NCBI RefSeq assembly: GCF_000143415.4
Contig: NW_003314285.1
Span: 1,809,471 to 1,873,470, forward strand
Direction: 5' to 3'
DNA length: 64,000 bases
From: Selaginella moellendorffii
Lineage: Eukaryota; Plantae; Lycopodiophyta
Below are positions 47,813 to 60,230 of this stretch, piece by piece (within the stretch, counting starts at the first letter, position 1; each line of letters begins with the position of its first letter). Made by a program: the position numbers and the translations under genes. The notes beneath the pieces are model-generated. The model saw only the letters and a list, made by a program, of their open reading frames with translations, made no database searches and was not told where the DNA came from.

Positions 47813-50721
47813 TGACTTGAGGTTAAGACTGGGGCCGAGGGGCCTTGGGTGGGAGTGAGCATGGACTCAGGTGGTGCCAGAGGGGCCACCCAAGGAAGTG
47901 CTCAAGAGCAACTCCCACTCCTGAAAGGGAAACCGACTACAGTGCTCCCGGCTCATGTGGAGTGGTGCCCCACTTGAGTACCTTGTGGCTCATTGGTCCT
48001 CACCCTTCCTAGGGGTTTGGGCCTTCCCTTTGGGATGGAAGTGGGGGGGTAGAAGTACCCATACCGGGTCGTTAGGCCACGGTGTTTTGCCCCGGTGTCC
48101 CGAAGCAAGTGTTGCACCTAAGGCTTGGGATTTAGAGGGTCCCATGATCAAGTCTTGTTGTACCAAGGGGTGTTAAGAACCTGGAGGCTTGGTGTGCATG
48201 GTTGCTTGTGCTTGCGGGGAGTGTAGCCGAACCTTAAGTCTAGTCTAACCCAGGGAGGGGGATTGGGAGAGATTTGGGAATCTGTGGCTAGATGGTTAAC
48301 GCTCCATTGCTCGTGCAGTGAGTAGCTGAAACCAAGTAGGACATAGTAGGAGCTGGTACAATAGGCGAAAACATTGGCGAGGGAACTTAGCAAAAGCCAA
48401 GGCAATGTTGGTCGGATAAATGAGGTAAGCTAGCAAATTGAAAAGGAAAAATTTGTGGCTTACAGTGAGAAGACTTGGCAATTTATAAGAACTAGGTTCC
48501 TAACTTCAAGTCCCAACCCTTTAGTGCTTAGGTTTGAGTCCCAACTCACTAGGACGTGGTAATAGTTTGGAATATGAGGACACTCAGTTTTTGGTCGTCA
48601 TAAACTCTTAGTAAGAAGATTAACTTGGGCACACTATCAAGTGGGGGATGCCCCGGAGTCATAATGCATAGTTAGATTGCTTAGTGTGAAAACTTGGCAT
48701 ATCTAACTTAAACACTTTAGTGCAAGTGGCACCAAGAATGTGGTGAATGAGATGAAGACACCAAATCTTAGTTGCCATGGACTCTTGGTTGGAAGGGATG
48801 GCTTGGGCGCACCGCCAAGTGTGGGGGATGCCCCTAGGGTCATGGTCAACAATTTAAATGTCTAGAAGACCTAGTACCTATTGGTAAACCTGTTAAGGTA
48901 TCAAGATGAGATCACTAAATGATTTGTGGCTAAACAAGGACAAGGTTGCTGTTTGGTTAAGGAATAAAATTCTTAGTTCAAAGTGTTAGTTTGAACTATT
49001 GGTAATGATGAAACTTGGTCAAGGTGACCAAATGAAAAGAACACCTAAGGAAAATGAGTAGTGTTGATGTGATGGTATAATAAGTTCAAAAAAATAGTCT
49101 TTGGGAAAGATTCATAAGAGGGTCATAAAGTTGGGCTATAGATAGAGCCCACAGTAGAAAATGCTAAAGAGACTTACTAAAGGTGAACACCCTTTGAACT
49201 TAGCAAAGTAGAGCCTTTGTTATAGTACCAAAAGGATACTTTGAGGATGGAGGTAATGATCTTATGTTAACCTTTTGAACTTAGCAAAGTAAAGCCTTTG
49301 TTATAGTACCAAAAAGATACTTCGAGGATGGAGGTAGTGATCTTATGTTGTTTAATGCAACAATCAAAAAATAAGAGCAAAAGACTAGTGGCTAAAAATG
49401 GTCTAATGAGTCTCTAAATTGAAGAGACTATGCTCCTTAAAGCTTTCAATATCGAACCATTGATGAATATTGGCTTGATGGTAAGGATGAACATGGTAAT
49501 CCATGATGGTTTACTTTGTAAAATGGTTTATCATTTGATGAGGACATCAAACTTCGTCTATGGGTGGTGGAGTTGTGAAACATAAATCCTTGAGCCCCAA
49601 AGTGGAGCCGAAAAGGTGCTACATGGTAGAGGCTAGAGCGAAAGCCAAACGAGCATAACACGTTTGGACTAAAAGCTCCAACTTAAAAAGTCGAGAGCAA
49701 GAGTGGAACTCCCAATGGAGTGCTCAAGGAATGAGTACGAAACGAGCAATAAATGAGTCTCTAGAAAAGGGACATAAAAGGACTAACATATAACATGAGA
49801 TGGAGTCCGAGATGAACCCGAGATGGACTTGAGATGGAGTCTAAGATGGACCCAAGATGGAGTCTGAGATGGACTCGAGATGCAATCCGAGATGGAGTCT
49901 AAGATGGACCCAAGATAGAGTCTAAGATGGAGTTGAAGAGGGACTCAAGATAGACCCAAGATGGAGTCCAAGATAGAGTCTGAGATGGAATCTGAGATGG
50001 ACCAAGATTGGACCCTAGTGGAGTTAGTTTGGGCCAAGAAAGGCTAGTATGACCCAAAAAGGCTATGCCTGCATGTTGAGTGATGATATTGGACCCAAGA
50101 TGGAGTTTGAGATAGACCCAAGATGGAGTCCGAAATGGACCCTAGATGGAATCCAAGATGAGACCAAGACTGAGATCGAAATTGAGACTGAGACCAAGAT
50201 TGAGTTTAAGACTAAGTCTGAGCCTGAGTTCCCTTGGGAGATTGAAAGGTCGATGCTCCCAATCCAAGTGTAGTTGGCACTACCTACTTGGATATCTGGT
50301 GTGGCTCAATGGAACCTCACTCTAGCCCTATGGCTAGGGCACCTAAAGGCGGGAGGTGGGAAGAGTTCCCACAAGGCTCACATAGGGCTATGGTGTTTTG
50401 TAATGTTGTCCCAAAGTCCCAGATTGTGGAAAGGAAGAAGAGCAATCCTCTTGTGTGGTAACCAAGGATGCACTCATATGGTAAGGAAGTCCTAGAGGCC
50501 AATGGGACGTAATGGTTGAGCCTTTGAATCCTAACTCAATGGTAGTGTTGATGAACACTACTTTGGATGGAAAGGGACTTGGTGAAGACCAAAAAAGGGA
50601 TATTGGGGAAGGTTGTTTCCTATATCTATATGCATCCTAAGGATGCTCAAGAGTGGATTTAGGATGATAACCTAGGGATGGATGGCCTAGTCTTTGAGAG
50701 ATGAGACTATGATGTAAGTGG
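47813..50721 (+). mobile_element. Decayed LTR-retroelement sequence, including copy 2 of the internal 3' region (49585-50712) with the 11-bp minisatellite
   Basis: CpG-depleted with no intact ORF; homologous to 42970-44187; local ~76-bp duplication at 49192-49347. Confidence 0.6.
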
Positions 50722-51449
50722 TTTCTCTATGCTCATTCATCATGGTGTTCATGGAGTTCCCCTCCACATTTTTGGTGCACTGCCCGAGAACAAAGAGTGA
50801 GTATGGAGAGTGGGAGAAGAGTAAGTGCCAAATATGTTGGGTTACCTTTCCCAAGTCGAAAGCCAAGATAATGGGGAAAGAAGAAGTGCCAAAGAGAGAA
50901 CCAAGCTACTCCTACCATAAAGCTAGCAATAAAAAAAGGGAGGCAAAAATCTGAGGACACCAAGTGTAATGGTTTATTCAAGAGGTTTCAAAGTAAGAGG
51001 TGCTTTGGGATGGAGCACAATCAATGCCAAGATAATATCAAGGGGTTATCTCTTTTGTTTTAGATTAAGTGTGGTTAATTAGTGGGGATTAGTAATAATC
51101 CTAGGGCTGTGATATCCATCATGAGGGGTGGAAAACCCTTCTATCAATTGTGGGAGACAATACAAAAGAGGGTCTAGTGGAAAATAAAAAGCAAGTGGTG
51201 GTGTGATGGAAAGTAACAATGGCACTATCGAAGAAGTTGGTGTCGAAGAGGATGAACTTTCGGATAGCCATAGTGACAATTATCACCAAAGTGTGATGAG
51301 GCTCAAGTCCCTAAGCAATAATAGTTTTTCTGTGCTCACTCATCTTGGTGTTTGTGGAGTTCCCCTTCATAAAAATTGTGGCAAGCTGGGAGCCAGCGAC
51401 AAGCTACTCAAGGCATTCAAATGTATGTACCCGGGTTCTCATGCCATGA

Positions 51450-54400
51450 TTAGTGTTGTGAAAGCCAATGGTAAACAACTATTCAATTTAGCTTGCTTAA
51501 CTGTTCTATGCCTTTTTTTTTTTTTAAGGATTTCAATATAGCTTTGGTCACATATTGTTTTGAAAAGTTTTTACCTATCACTTTAAAAATGCAAAACTAG
51601 ATATTTTTGGAAGATGATCACCTTAGATTTAGGTAATGTTCATTATCTGGGAAAAAAAAGTAATTAATATTGACAAAAGTCATGGTATTATAATCCCCTT
51701 GTGAAAGTTCCATATGATGGATGTGGGCTTATATAATATGACAATAATTAAGCTAAAGCACAAGCTTCTACTTGTTTTGGTTTTATTTGGAGTTTGAGGT
51801 AAGTTTTTTTTGTTTCTCATTGATTTGTCATGGCATTCATTTGTCCTGTTTTGTTTTTGCAACATCTAAAGTTTAAAAAGCTCAATTGAGACTTCTAACA
51901 AAACTACAAACTTTTGGAAATTTCACAGCAATACATGTCATGACTAATGCTGTGAAAGTCAATAGTAAACAATTATTTATTTTAGCTTGTTTAATTGTTT
52001 AATATTTTTGTTTTTGAAGGATTTTAACATGGTTCTGATCACACCTTGTTATAGAGTGTTCTTACCTATCATTTCAAAATGCAAAGGTTAAATATTTTTG
52101 AAAGATGATCACCTTAGATTTAGGTAATATTTATTATCTGGGACAGAAAAATAATTAATGTTGACAAAGGTCATGGTATTATAATCCCTTTGTGGGAGTT
52201 CAACATGATGGATGTGGGCTTATATAATGCGACAACAATTAAGCTAAAGTGCAAGCTCTTACTTGTTTTTTTATTTGGAGTTTAAAATAAGTTTTTTTGC
52301 TCTTTTATTGATTTGTCATGGCATTTATTTGTCCTATCTCATTTTTGATACATCTAAAGTTTAAAAAACCCAATTGAGACTTCTAACAAAACTACAAAAT
52401 TTTGGAAACCTCACAGCAATGCATGTCATGATTAATGCTGTGAAACCCAATTATAAACAATTTTTCAATTTACTTTGTTTGTTTGTTATATATTTTAGTT
52501 TTTGAAGGATTTCGGCATGGCTCTGGTCATATCTTGTTTTGAAAAGGTCTTACCTATCACTTAAAAAATGCAAAGATTAAATATTTTTAGAAGATGATTA
52601 TTTTAGATTTAAGTAATATTCATTATCTGGGACAAAAAAGTAATTAATCTTGACAAAGGTCATGGTATTATAATCCTCTTGTGGGAATTCAACATGATGG
52701 ATGTGGGCTTATATAATGTGACAATAATTAAGCTAAAGCACAAGCTCCTACTTGTTTTGGCCTTATTTGGAGTTTTAGGTATATTTTTTTATCTTTTATT
52801 GATTAGTCATGACATTCATTTGTTCTATTTTATTTTTGATACGTCTAAAGTTTAAAAAACCCAATTGAAAATTTTAACAAAACTACGAAATTTTGGAAAC
52901 CTCACAGCAATGCATGCCATGACTAGTGCTGTGTAAACAACTATTTAATTTAGTTTGTTTAACTATTTTATATTTTTGTTTTTGAAGGATTTCGACATGG
53001 CTTTGATCACATCTTGTTTTGAGACACTGCAAAAATGAGATAGGATAAATGAATGCTATGATAAATCAATAAAAGACAAAAAAAATATACTTAAAACTCC
53101 AAAGAAGGCTAAAACAAGTAAGAGTTTGCACTTTAGATTAATTGTTGTCACATTATATAAGCCCACATCCATCATGTTGAACTCTCACAAAGGGATTATA
53201 ATACCATAACCTTTGTCAACATTTTAATTATTTTTTTGTCCCAGATAATAAACATTACCTAAATGTAAAGTGATCATCTTCCAAAAATATATAGTCTTTG
53301 CATTTTTTAAATGATAGGTAAGAACTCTCTAGTTTAAAAAGCACAATTAAGACTTTTAACAAAACTAGAAACTTTTAGAAACCTCATATCAATGCATTCC
53401 ATGACTAGTGCTGTGAAAGCCAATAGTAAATAACTTTTCAATTTATTTTGTGTATTTGTTGTATATTTTAATTTTTGAAGGATTTCAACATGGCTTTGAT
53501 TATATCTTGTTTTGAAAAGGTCTTACCTATCACTTAAAAAATGCAAAGACTAAATATTTTTGGAAGATGATCACTTTAAATTTAAGTAATATTCATTATC
53601 TGGGGCAAAAAAGTAATTAATGTTGACAAAAGTTATGGTATTATAATCCCCTTATGGGAGTTCAACATGATGGATGTGAGCTTATATAATGCGACAACAA
53701 TTAAGCTAAAGTGCAAGCTCTTACTTGTTTTGTTGTTTGGAGTTTGAAGTAAGTTTTTTTGCTCTTTTATTGATTTGTCATGGCATTCATTTGTCCTATC
53801 TCATTTTTAATACGTCTAAAGTTTAAATAGCCCAATTGAGACTTTTAACAAAACTACGAAATTTTGGAAACCTCACATCAATGCATGATATGATTAGTGC
53901 TATAAAAGCAAATGGTAAATAACTATTCAATTTAGCTTATTTAACTATTATATGCTTTTGTTTTTTAAGGATTTCGATATGGCTTTGATCACATCTTGTT
54001 TTGAAGAGTTCTTACTTATCATTTAAAAAATGCAAAGACTAGATATTTTTGAAAGATGATCACTTTACATTTAGGTAATGTTTATTATCTGGGACAAAAA
54101 AATAATTAATGTTGACAAAGGTCATGGTATTATAATCTCTTTGTGGGAGTTCAACATGATAAATGTGGGCTTATATAATGTGATAACAATTAAACTAAAG
54201 TGCAAGCTCTTACTTGTTTTGGCCTTGTTTGGAGTTTTAGATATATTTTTTTGTCTTTTATTGATTTGTTATGGCATTCATTTGTCCTATCTTATTTTTG
54301 ATATGTTTAAAGTTTAAAAAACCCAATTGAGACTTTTAACAAAACTATGAAATTTTGGAAACCTCACAGCAATGCATGCCATGACCAGTGCTGTGGAAGT

Positions 54401-55333
54401 AAATGGTAAATAACTATTCAATTTAGTTTGTTTAACTGTTATATGTTTTTGTTTTTGAAGGATTTCGACATGGCTTCGATCACATCTTATTTTGGAGAGT
54501 TCTTACCTATCATTTAAAAAATGCAAAGACTAGATATTTTTGGAAGATGATCACTTTAGATTTAGGTAATGTTCATTATCTGGGGCAAGAAAGTAATTAA
54601 TGTTGACAAAAGTCATGGTATTATAATCCCCTTGTGAAAGTTCAACATGATGGATGTGGGCTTATATAATGTGACAACAATTAAGCTAAAGTGCAAGCTC
54701 CTACTTGTTTTGGCCTTGTTTTGAGTTTTAAGTATATTTTTTTATCTTTTATTGATTTGTCATATCTCATTTTTGTAGCATCTAGAGTTTAAAAAGCACA
54801 ATTAAGACTTTTAATAAGATTAGAAACTTTTGGAAATCTCATACCAATGCATGCCATGACTAGTGTTGTGAAAGCCAATTATAAACAATTTTTCAATTTA
54901 CTTTGTTTATTTGTTGTATGTTTTAGTTTTTGAAGGATTTTCACATGGCTTTGGTCATATTTTGTTTTAAAGAGGTCTTACCTGTCACTTAAAAAATGCA
55001 AAGACTAAATATTTTTGGAAGATGATCACTTTAGATTTCATTATCTGGGACAAGAAAGTAATTAATCTTGACAAAGGTCATAGTATTATAATCCCCTTGT
55101 GGGAGTTCAACATAATGGATGTGGGCTTATATAATGTGACAACAATTAATTTAAGGCACAAGTTCCTACTTGTTTTGGCCTTGTTTAGAGTTTAATCTAA
55201 GTTCTTTTTGTCTTTTATTGATTTGTCATGGCATTCATTTGTCATGTCTCGTTTTTGCAGTGTCTAGAGTTTAAAAAACACAATTAAGATATCTAATAAG
55301 ACTAAGAACTTTTAGAAACCTCACAACAATGCA
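51450..55333. repeat. AT-rich tandem satellite, ~490-bp monomer, about 8 copies, with one internally inverted segment (about 53025-53330)
   Basis: The motif atggatgtgggcttatataat recurs at about 51717, 52208, 52697, 53670, 54160, 54650 and 55115, and in reverse at about 53150-53172. Confidence 0.92.
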
Positions 55334-56287
55334 AAAGGTTCATTTGTTTCTATTATCTAATACTTCTAAATATTCTATGATTAAGTTCACAAGTTTTCCA
55401 TTGCAACTTTTACTAAGACTTGTAGACGTCGAGATTTCCTGATTACTCTTTCATTTCTTACTTGCAGCCAAGTGGTGTAAGAAATCTTGCAAAATAGCCA
55501 TAAGTGCTTTTCTTCAAACTTTTTCACTTTTCTAACACTTGATTCTTCCAAATTGTAGTAGTGAAGAATTTCAGAAAATGAGGACGAGTTTATCAAAGTT
55601 GACTCAAATCTAGCACATTTGTGACACAATAGTTGCGACACAAATACTGTTAAAGCACGATTGGGGTTATAATAGTTGACAATAGGGCTACATAAGGTAC
55701 TAGTTTTCATACACCATTCGACTAAAGTTTTCACTTGTTTAAGCCAGGTGTCAAGCAAGGATGATGTTGCTATGGGAAGGATATAGTGTGACCTCTCTCA
55801 AGATGGCCACAACAGGTTCTCTATTTTGCTTATAAAAAAAATGCTCACATTCTCTCAAGCTAGACATTTTCGTGTGCAGCAATCAAAGATGAGCAACTCT
55901 CAATGTTGTGGAAATCACCAAGAAGCTTTGGTGATGGTGGAATGCCAGAAGTGTTCTTAGTGTTCATCCTAATAGAGTTCGCCAACTTAGTTGTGGGATT
56001 TTTTTCAAGTCCCAGAGTCAAAAGCAATAATTTTGTCCGAGCATAAAATTTTAGGTGAGACCTCCAATGATATGACAATTAGAGTCCTTGAGACAGGTAT
56101 GGTACATGATTGTTGGATCACTATCAAGGGCTAGAGCTAGTTCAAGAATAAGACTAGGTCGAAGTCAAGAGTTTTTCCTTCATTTTTTTAGTTATAGTGT
56201 GGTTAAGTATATGTCACTCTTGCAACTTTACTTTACACAAACAGTCATAAATAGAAGAAAAAATAATTAATTCAATACAAATGCATA

Positions 56288-57285
56288 NNNNNNNNNNNNN
56301 NNNNNNNNNNNNNNNNNNNNNNNNNNNNNNNNNNNNNNNNNNNNNNNNNNNNNNNNNNNNNNNNNNNNNNNNNNNNNNNNNNNNNNNNNNNNNNNNNNNN
56401 NNNNNNNNNNNNNNNNNNNNNNNNNNNNNNNNNNNNNNNNNNNNNNNNNNNNNNNNNNNNNNNNNNNNNNNNNNNNNNNNNNNNNNNNNNNNNNNNNNNN
56501 NNNNNNNNNNNNNNNNNNNNNNNNNNNNNNNNNNNNNNNNNNNNNNNNNNNNNNNNNNNNNNNNNNNNNNNNNNNNNNNNNNNNNNNNNNNNNNNNNNNN
56601 NNNNNNNNNNNNNNNNNNNNNNNNNNNNNNNNNNNNNNNNNNNNNNNNNNNNNNNNNNNNNNNNNNNNNNNNNNNNNNNNNNNNNNNNNNNNNNNNNNNN
56701 NNNNNNNNNNNNNNNNNNNNNNNNNNNNNNNNNNNNNNNNNNNNNNNNNNNNNNNNNNNNNNNNNNNNNNNNNNNNNNNNNNNNNNNNNNNNNNNNNNNN
56801 NNNNNNNNNNNNNNNNNNNNNNNNNNNNNNNNNNNNNNNNNNNNNNNNNNNNNNNNNNNNNNNNNNNNNNNNNNNNNNNNNNNNNNNNNNNNNNNNNNNN
56901 NNNNNNNNNNNNNNNNNNNNNNNNNNNNNNNNNNNNNNNNNNNNNNNNNNNNNNNNNNNNNNNNNNNNNNNNNNNNNNNNNNNNNNNNNNNNNNNNNNNN
57001 NNNNNNNNNNNNNNNNNNNNNNNNNNNNNNNNNNNNNNNNNNNNNNNNNNNNNNNNNNNNNNNNNNNNNNNNNNNNNNNNNNNNNNNNNNNNNNNNNNNN
57101 NNNNNNNNNNNNNNNNNNNNNNNNNNNNNNNNNNNNNNNNNNNNNNNNNNNNNNNNNNNNNNNNNNNNNNNNNNNNNNNNNNNNNNNNNNNNNNNNNNNN
57201 NNNNNNNNNNNNNNNNNNNNNNNNNNNNNNNNNNNNNNNNNNNNNNNNNNNNNNNNNNNNNNNNNNNNNNNNNNNNNNNNNNNNA
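56288..57285. other. Assembly gap (998 N)
   Basis: N run. Confidence 1.
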
Positions 57286-57568
57286 AAAGATTATTCAATA
57301 AAATGCATACAATAAAACGAGAAGTAGTGAGGAATAGTTATAAAATCATATAGTATTGTAATGCACATGGTTTACCCTTTATCCTATGGTGATTATCATA
57401 GGATAACCACGAAGTGAAACCTAAACCCTCTATGGGCCATGTGTCATATGCCACATGTCATATGCCATGTGTCCAAAGGATAGTGGTGTGGAACCCAAGT
57501 TTCAGGGCCTTGGGCCACTAAACAAAAGAACGGTGCCAAACTCCCAAGCATAGAACCAAGAAGCACTG

Positions 57569-57762
57569 TGTAAGCAACCAAAGAGAACAACTTAAGAGAC
57601 GATCCATGGGGTTCAAATATAGAGGGAAAGGGCCCATGAATAAGAGTGCACCCCCTTTTCCAATCGGTTAAGGGTCTTGGGATACTTGAGGTTAAGTGTC
57701 CTTGGGTTTGAATAGTAATGGGCTGAGTGACCTCCCGGGAAGTCCAAACTTAGGAACTTACA
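57569..57762 (+). mobile_element. Solo LTR of a 5S-bearing Cassandra-like TRIM, TSD CACTG
   Basis: TGTAAGC...ACTTACA, 194 bp, flanked by CACTG (57564-57568 and 57763-57767). Confidence 0.92.
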
Positions 57763-57862
57763 CACTGGCACTAGAGCACAGAATAACTCCTAAAAATACA
57801 GCCCAAAGAGCGAAGGAACAGGAGCATGAAGCAACTTGGAACACGCAAAACGGAGCCAAACA

Positions 57863-58228
57863 GAGTTTAGCACTATTTCAACATACCGGTGGCCTAAGGC
57901 GAGGATATCGGTACTCCACTAGCTAGCATAGTGTAGAGCTTGTGCTTAGACCCAAGCTAGACGTAGAACAAGAACATGTATGCAAGTAGGAGCTAAACTA
58001 TGCCTCAGATTAGTCAGCCATACCCGAGTTTAGCGCTATTTCAACATACCGGTGGCCTAAGGCAAGGATATCGGTACTCCACCGGCTAGCATAGTGTAGA
58101 GCTTGTGTTTAGACCCAAGCCAGACATAGAACAAGAACATGTATGCAAGCAGGAGCTAAACTATGCCTAAGATTAGTCAACCATACCCGACCTACCCACT
58201 ATCCCTACTATATATTTAGAACCCCCCC
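57863..58228 (+). repeat. ~164-bp tandem duplication within a repeat family that is also present at about 46130-46306
   Basis: gagtttagc.ctatttcaacataccggtggcctaaggc...catacccga occurs twice; cccactatccct.ctatatatttagaacccc is shared with about 46274-46305. Confidence 0.8.
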
Positions 58229-59049
58229 TGAAGAACACACACTTTGAGCTTTCACCCCAAGCCTCCCTTAGTACCAGGAGTTAGTCTCTGAAACAAGCTA
58301 GAACAAGCTTGAAACTTACTAAATATGGAATTTCTCTAAATTGCGAATTTGGATACAGGACGAACACCATTGTATCTTTACATTTCGTAGATATGCCAAA
58401 TGGGCAAATTTAGACACTTTCCATAAATAGCATTTAGAACCGAAATGAGATTAACACAAAAGGCATGATAGCAAAAGTGTTTGGCAAATACGGTAAACTA
58501 TCATCTAGCAAATATTAAAGGATCAATCTCAATATCGTGGGGGTTCTTAATACTAACAAGTGCAAGCCAATGACACGAGTTTCTCAAACCAGGCTGAGTA
58601 TGCTCAGCAAGAAACATATAAGATTCCTACCTTATGTTTATTCAATTTAAGTGCAATGTTATTGACCAGTTTCTCAACTAGCTCAAGTGGGAATTGATAA
58701 TGGGTCCAACAATACTGACCTCTTGCTGTCGTGGCAGTAAGGAAAGAATATCTGAAAAGACTAGTCGACAAGTAACTTTCCCAAAGTCACATTCGCAACA
58801 AATATATAAGTAGTATTGAGATTTGTTAAAAAATAACCTCCACTCATGTCTATGATGAGTGTTGTTTAGGTCAAGTCTTTCTTTTTTGGATGCGTAAGCT
58901 TAGGCATAACTTCATTTCACGTAAGCTTCCTTCTTTTACTCTACCTAGGAAAATACACAAAATAAAATATTTACCTCTTTATCAAGTTTCATGCTAACAA
59001 CCCAAGACTTGTGGATCTCGCACAAACAGTCCACTACTTACTTTCAGTG

Positions 59050-60230
59050 ATAATGAGCTCTGAAGGATTGAAGCACTGCTCAAGCTCCTTGATACCATCA
59101 TCACTCATCATAATGACCACTAAGACAGTAGCACTTGTTTATCAGGTCTATTTTTTGGCTTTGTTTGAGTGAGTCCCCGGCCCACAACTTGTGGAGAGGC
59201 AGACTGCCATGAGCAAATGGTCTGTGAATGCAAGAAACACCACCTGACTTCTCTTAAGTCACTCAGCAGAAAGAGAGCTCTTCATCAAAAGAGGAGATCA
59301 AGCGACCGGAACAAGTAGAAGGTTATGTTCTCGTACACAATCTTTGTCTTCCTTTGTTAACTTAACTCTGTTGGTCCAGATTTAATTGGGGGCAAATCCT
59401 CTATGGTTTCACCGCAATGCACAATCGCCACCCTGGAGACTTGTACTGCCTTGAGAGCTGTGACATAAGTCCTGGAGTCGAGATTACACTGAGCCTATGA
59501 CTCCATCTCCTCGAAGAGCTCGAGATGGTCTCTCTTGACCAGGCCGAGCATCAAGACGTTCCACGATACCACATCCGGCTGCTTCATCGAATAGAAGATC
59601 CTGCCAGCCTCTTCCAAGTCACCGCACTTTGCGAAGACATTGATCAGAGTGTTGGCCATGAACAAGTCCAAAGAATCCACCTTTCACAGCCCAAGCTCTG
59701 GCCTTTCTGAGTGACTCTGCCTTTGACAAGCTTGTCACTGATTTTTTTGCCCTGTTCCCTGGATGCGAGGATGCTGCACACCTTGAGAGCAGCCACATAA
59801 GTTCGCGCATCTGGTCGCAGCTCATTCTTTCAAAAACATCAGAGCTTCTTCGGCCTCACCACTGTCGACATATCCCACCATCAGTGTATTGTATGATGCC
59901 GGCGCTCAGAGTTTGATGCGCTTGAAAACACAAGAGCACCACACTTTGCGTGAGTGTTGCTCACGAAAAGGTCCAAGGCAAAGCCGAACTTTGCTGCTTC
60001 GACGTGAAGAACCGTCCCTCTTTCCAGTGAAACCATCTTCACCAGCTTTCCTGCGACTATCTGGGCATCTTCTTTTGCTGCCAAGTTCGCACAGGCCTTA
60101 AATGCTGTAACAAACGTTCATGCATTCGGAGAACACCTTCCAGGATCTGAAATCAGCTCCAGTGCTTCCTCTTCACCATTGTCACAGTAGCAGTGTGGTC
60201 CACAGAATCACGTTGTGCACATCCTGTCAA
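59050..60230 (-). pseudogene. PLS-class PPR pseudogene
   Basis: DLFMANTLINVFAKCGDLEEAGRIFYSMKQPDVVSWNVLMLG, GTVLHVEAAKFGFALDLFVSNT and YNTLMVGYVDSGEAEEAL lie in broken frames. Confidence 0.85.

Noticed and set aside
43188-50225. CRISPR-like array suggested by short repeats
   Set aside because: Units are contiguous 11-bp minisatellites without unique spacers, there are no cas genes, and the context is eukaryotic.
51280-56080. Helitron helicase remnants flanking the satellite (GVPLHK; SGIPPSPKL)
   Set aside because: The motifs are too short and lie on opposite strands; no Rep or helicase motifs or Helitron termini could be identified.
56267-57315. 343/344-aa ORFs in the ORF track
   Set aside because: Artefacts of the N gap; the same applies to the ORF at 47686-47889.
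57357-58382. A ~1-kb solo LTR (TGTAA...TTACA) hosting the 5S solo LTR
   Set aside because: Termini are suggestive but the flanking 5-mers do not match (AGTAT vs TTTCG), so boundaries are unsupported; only the internal duplication was reported.
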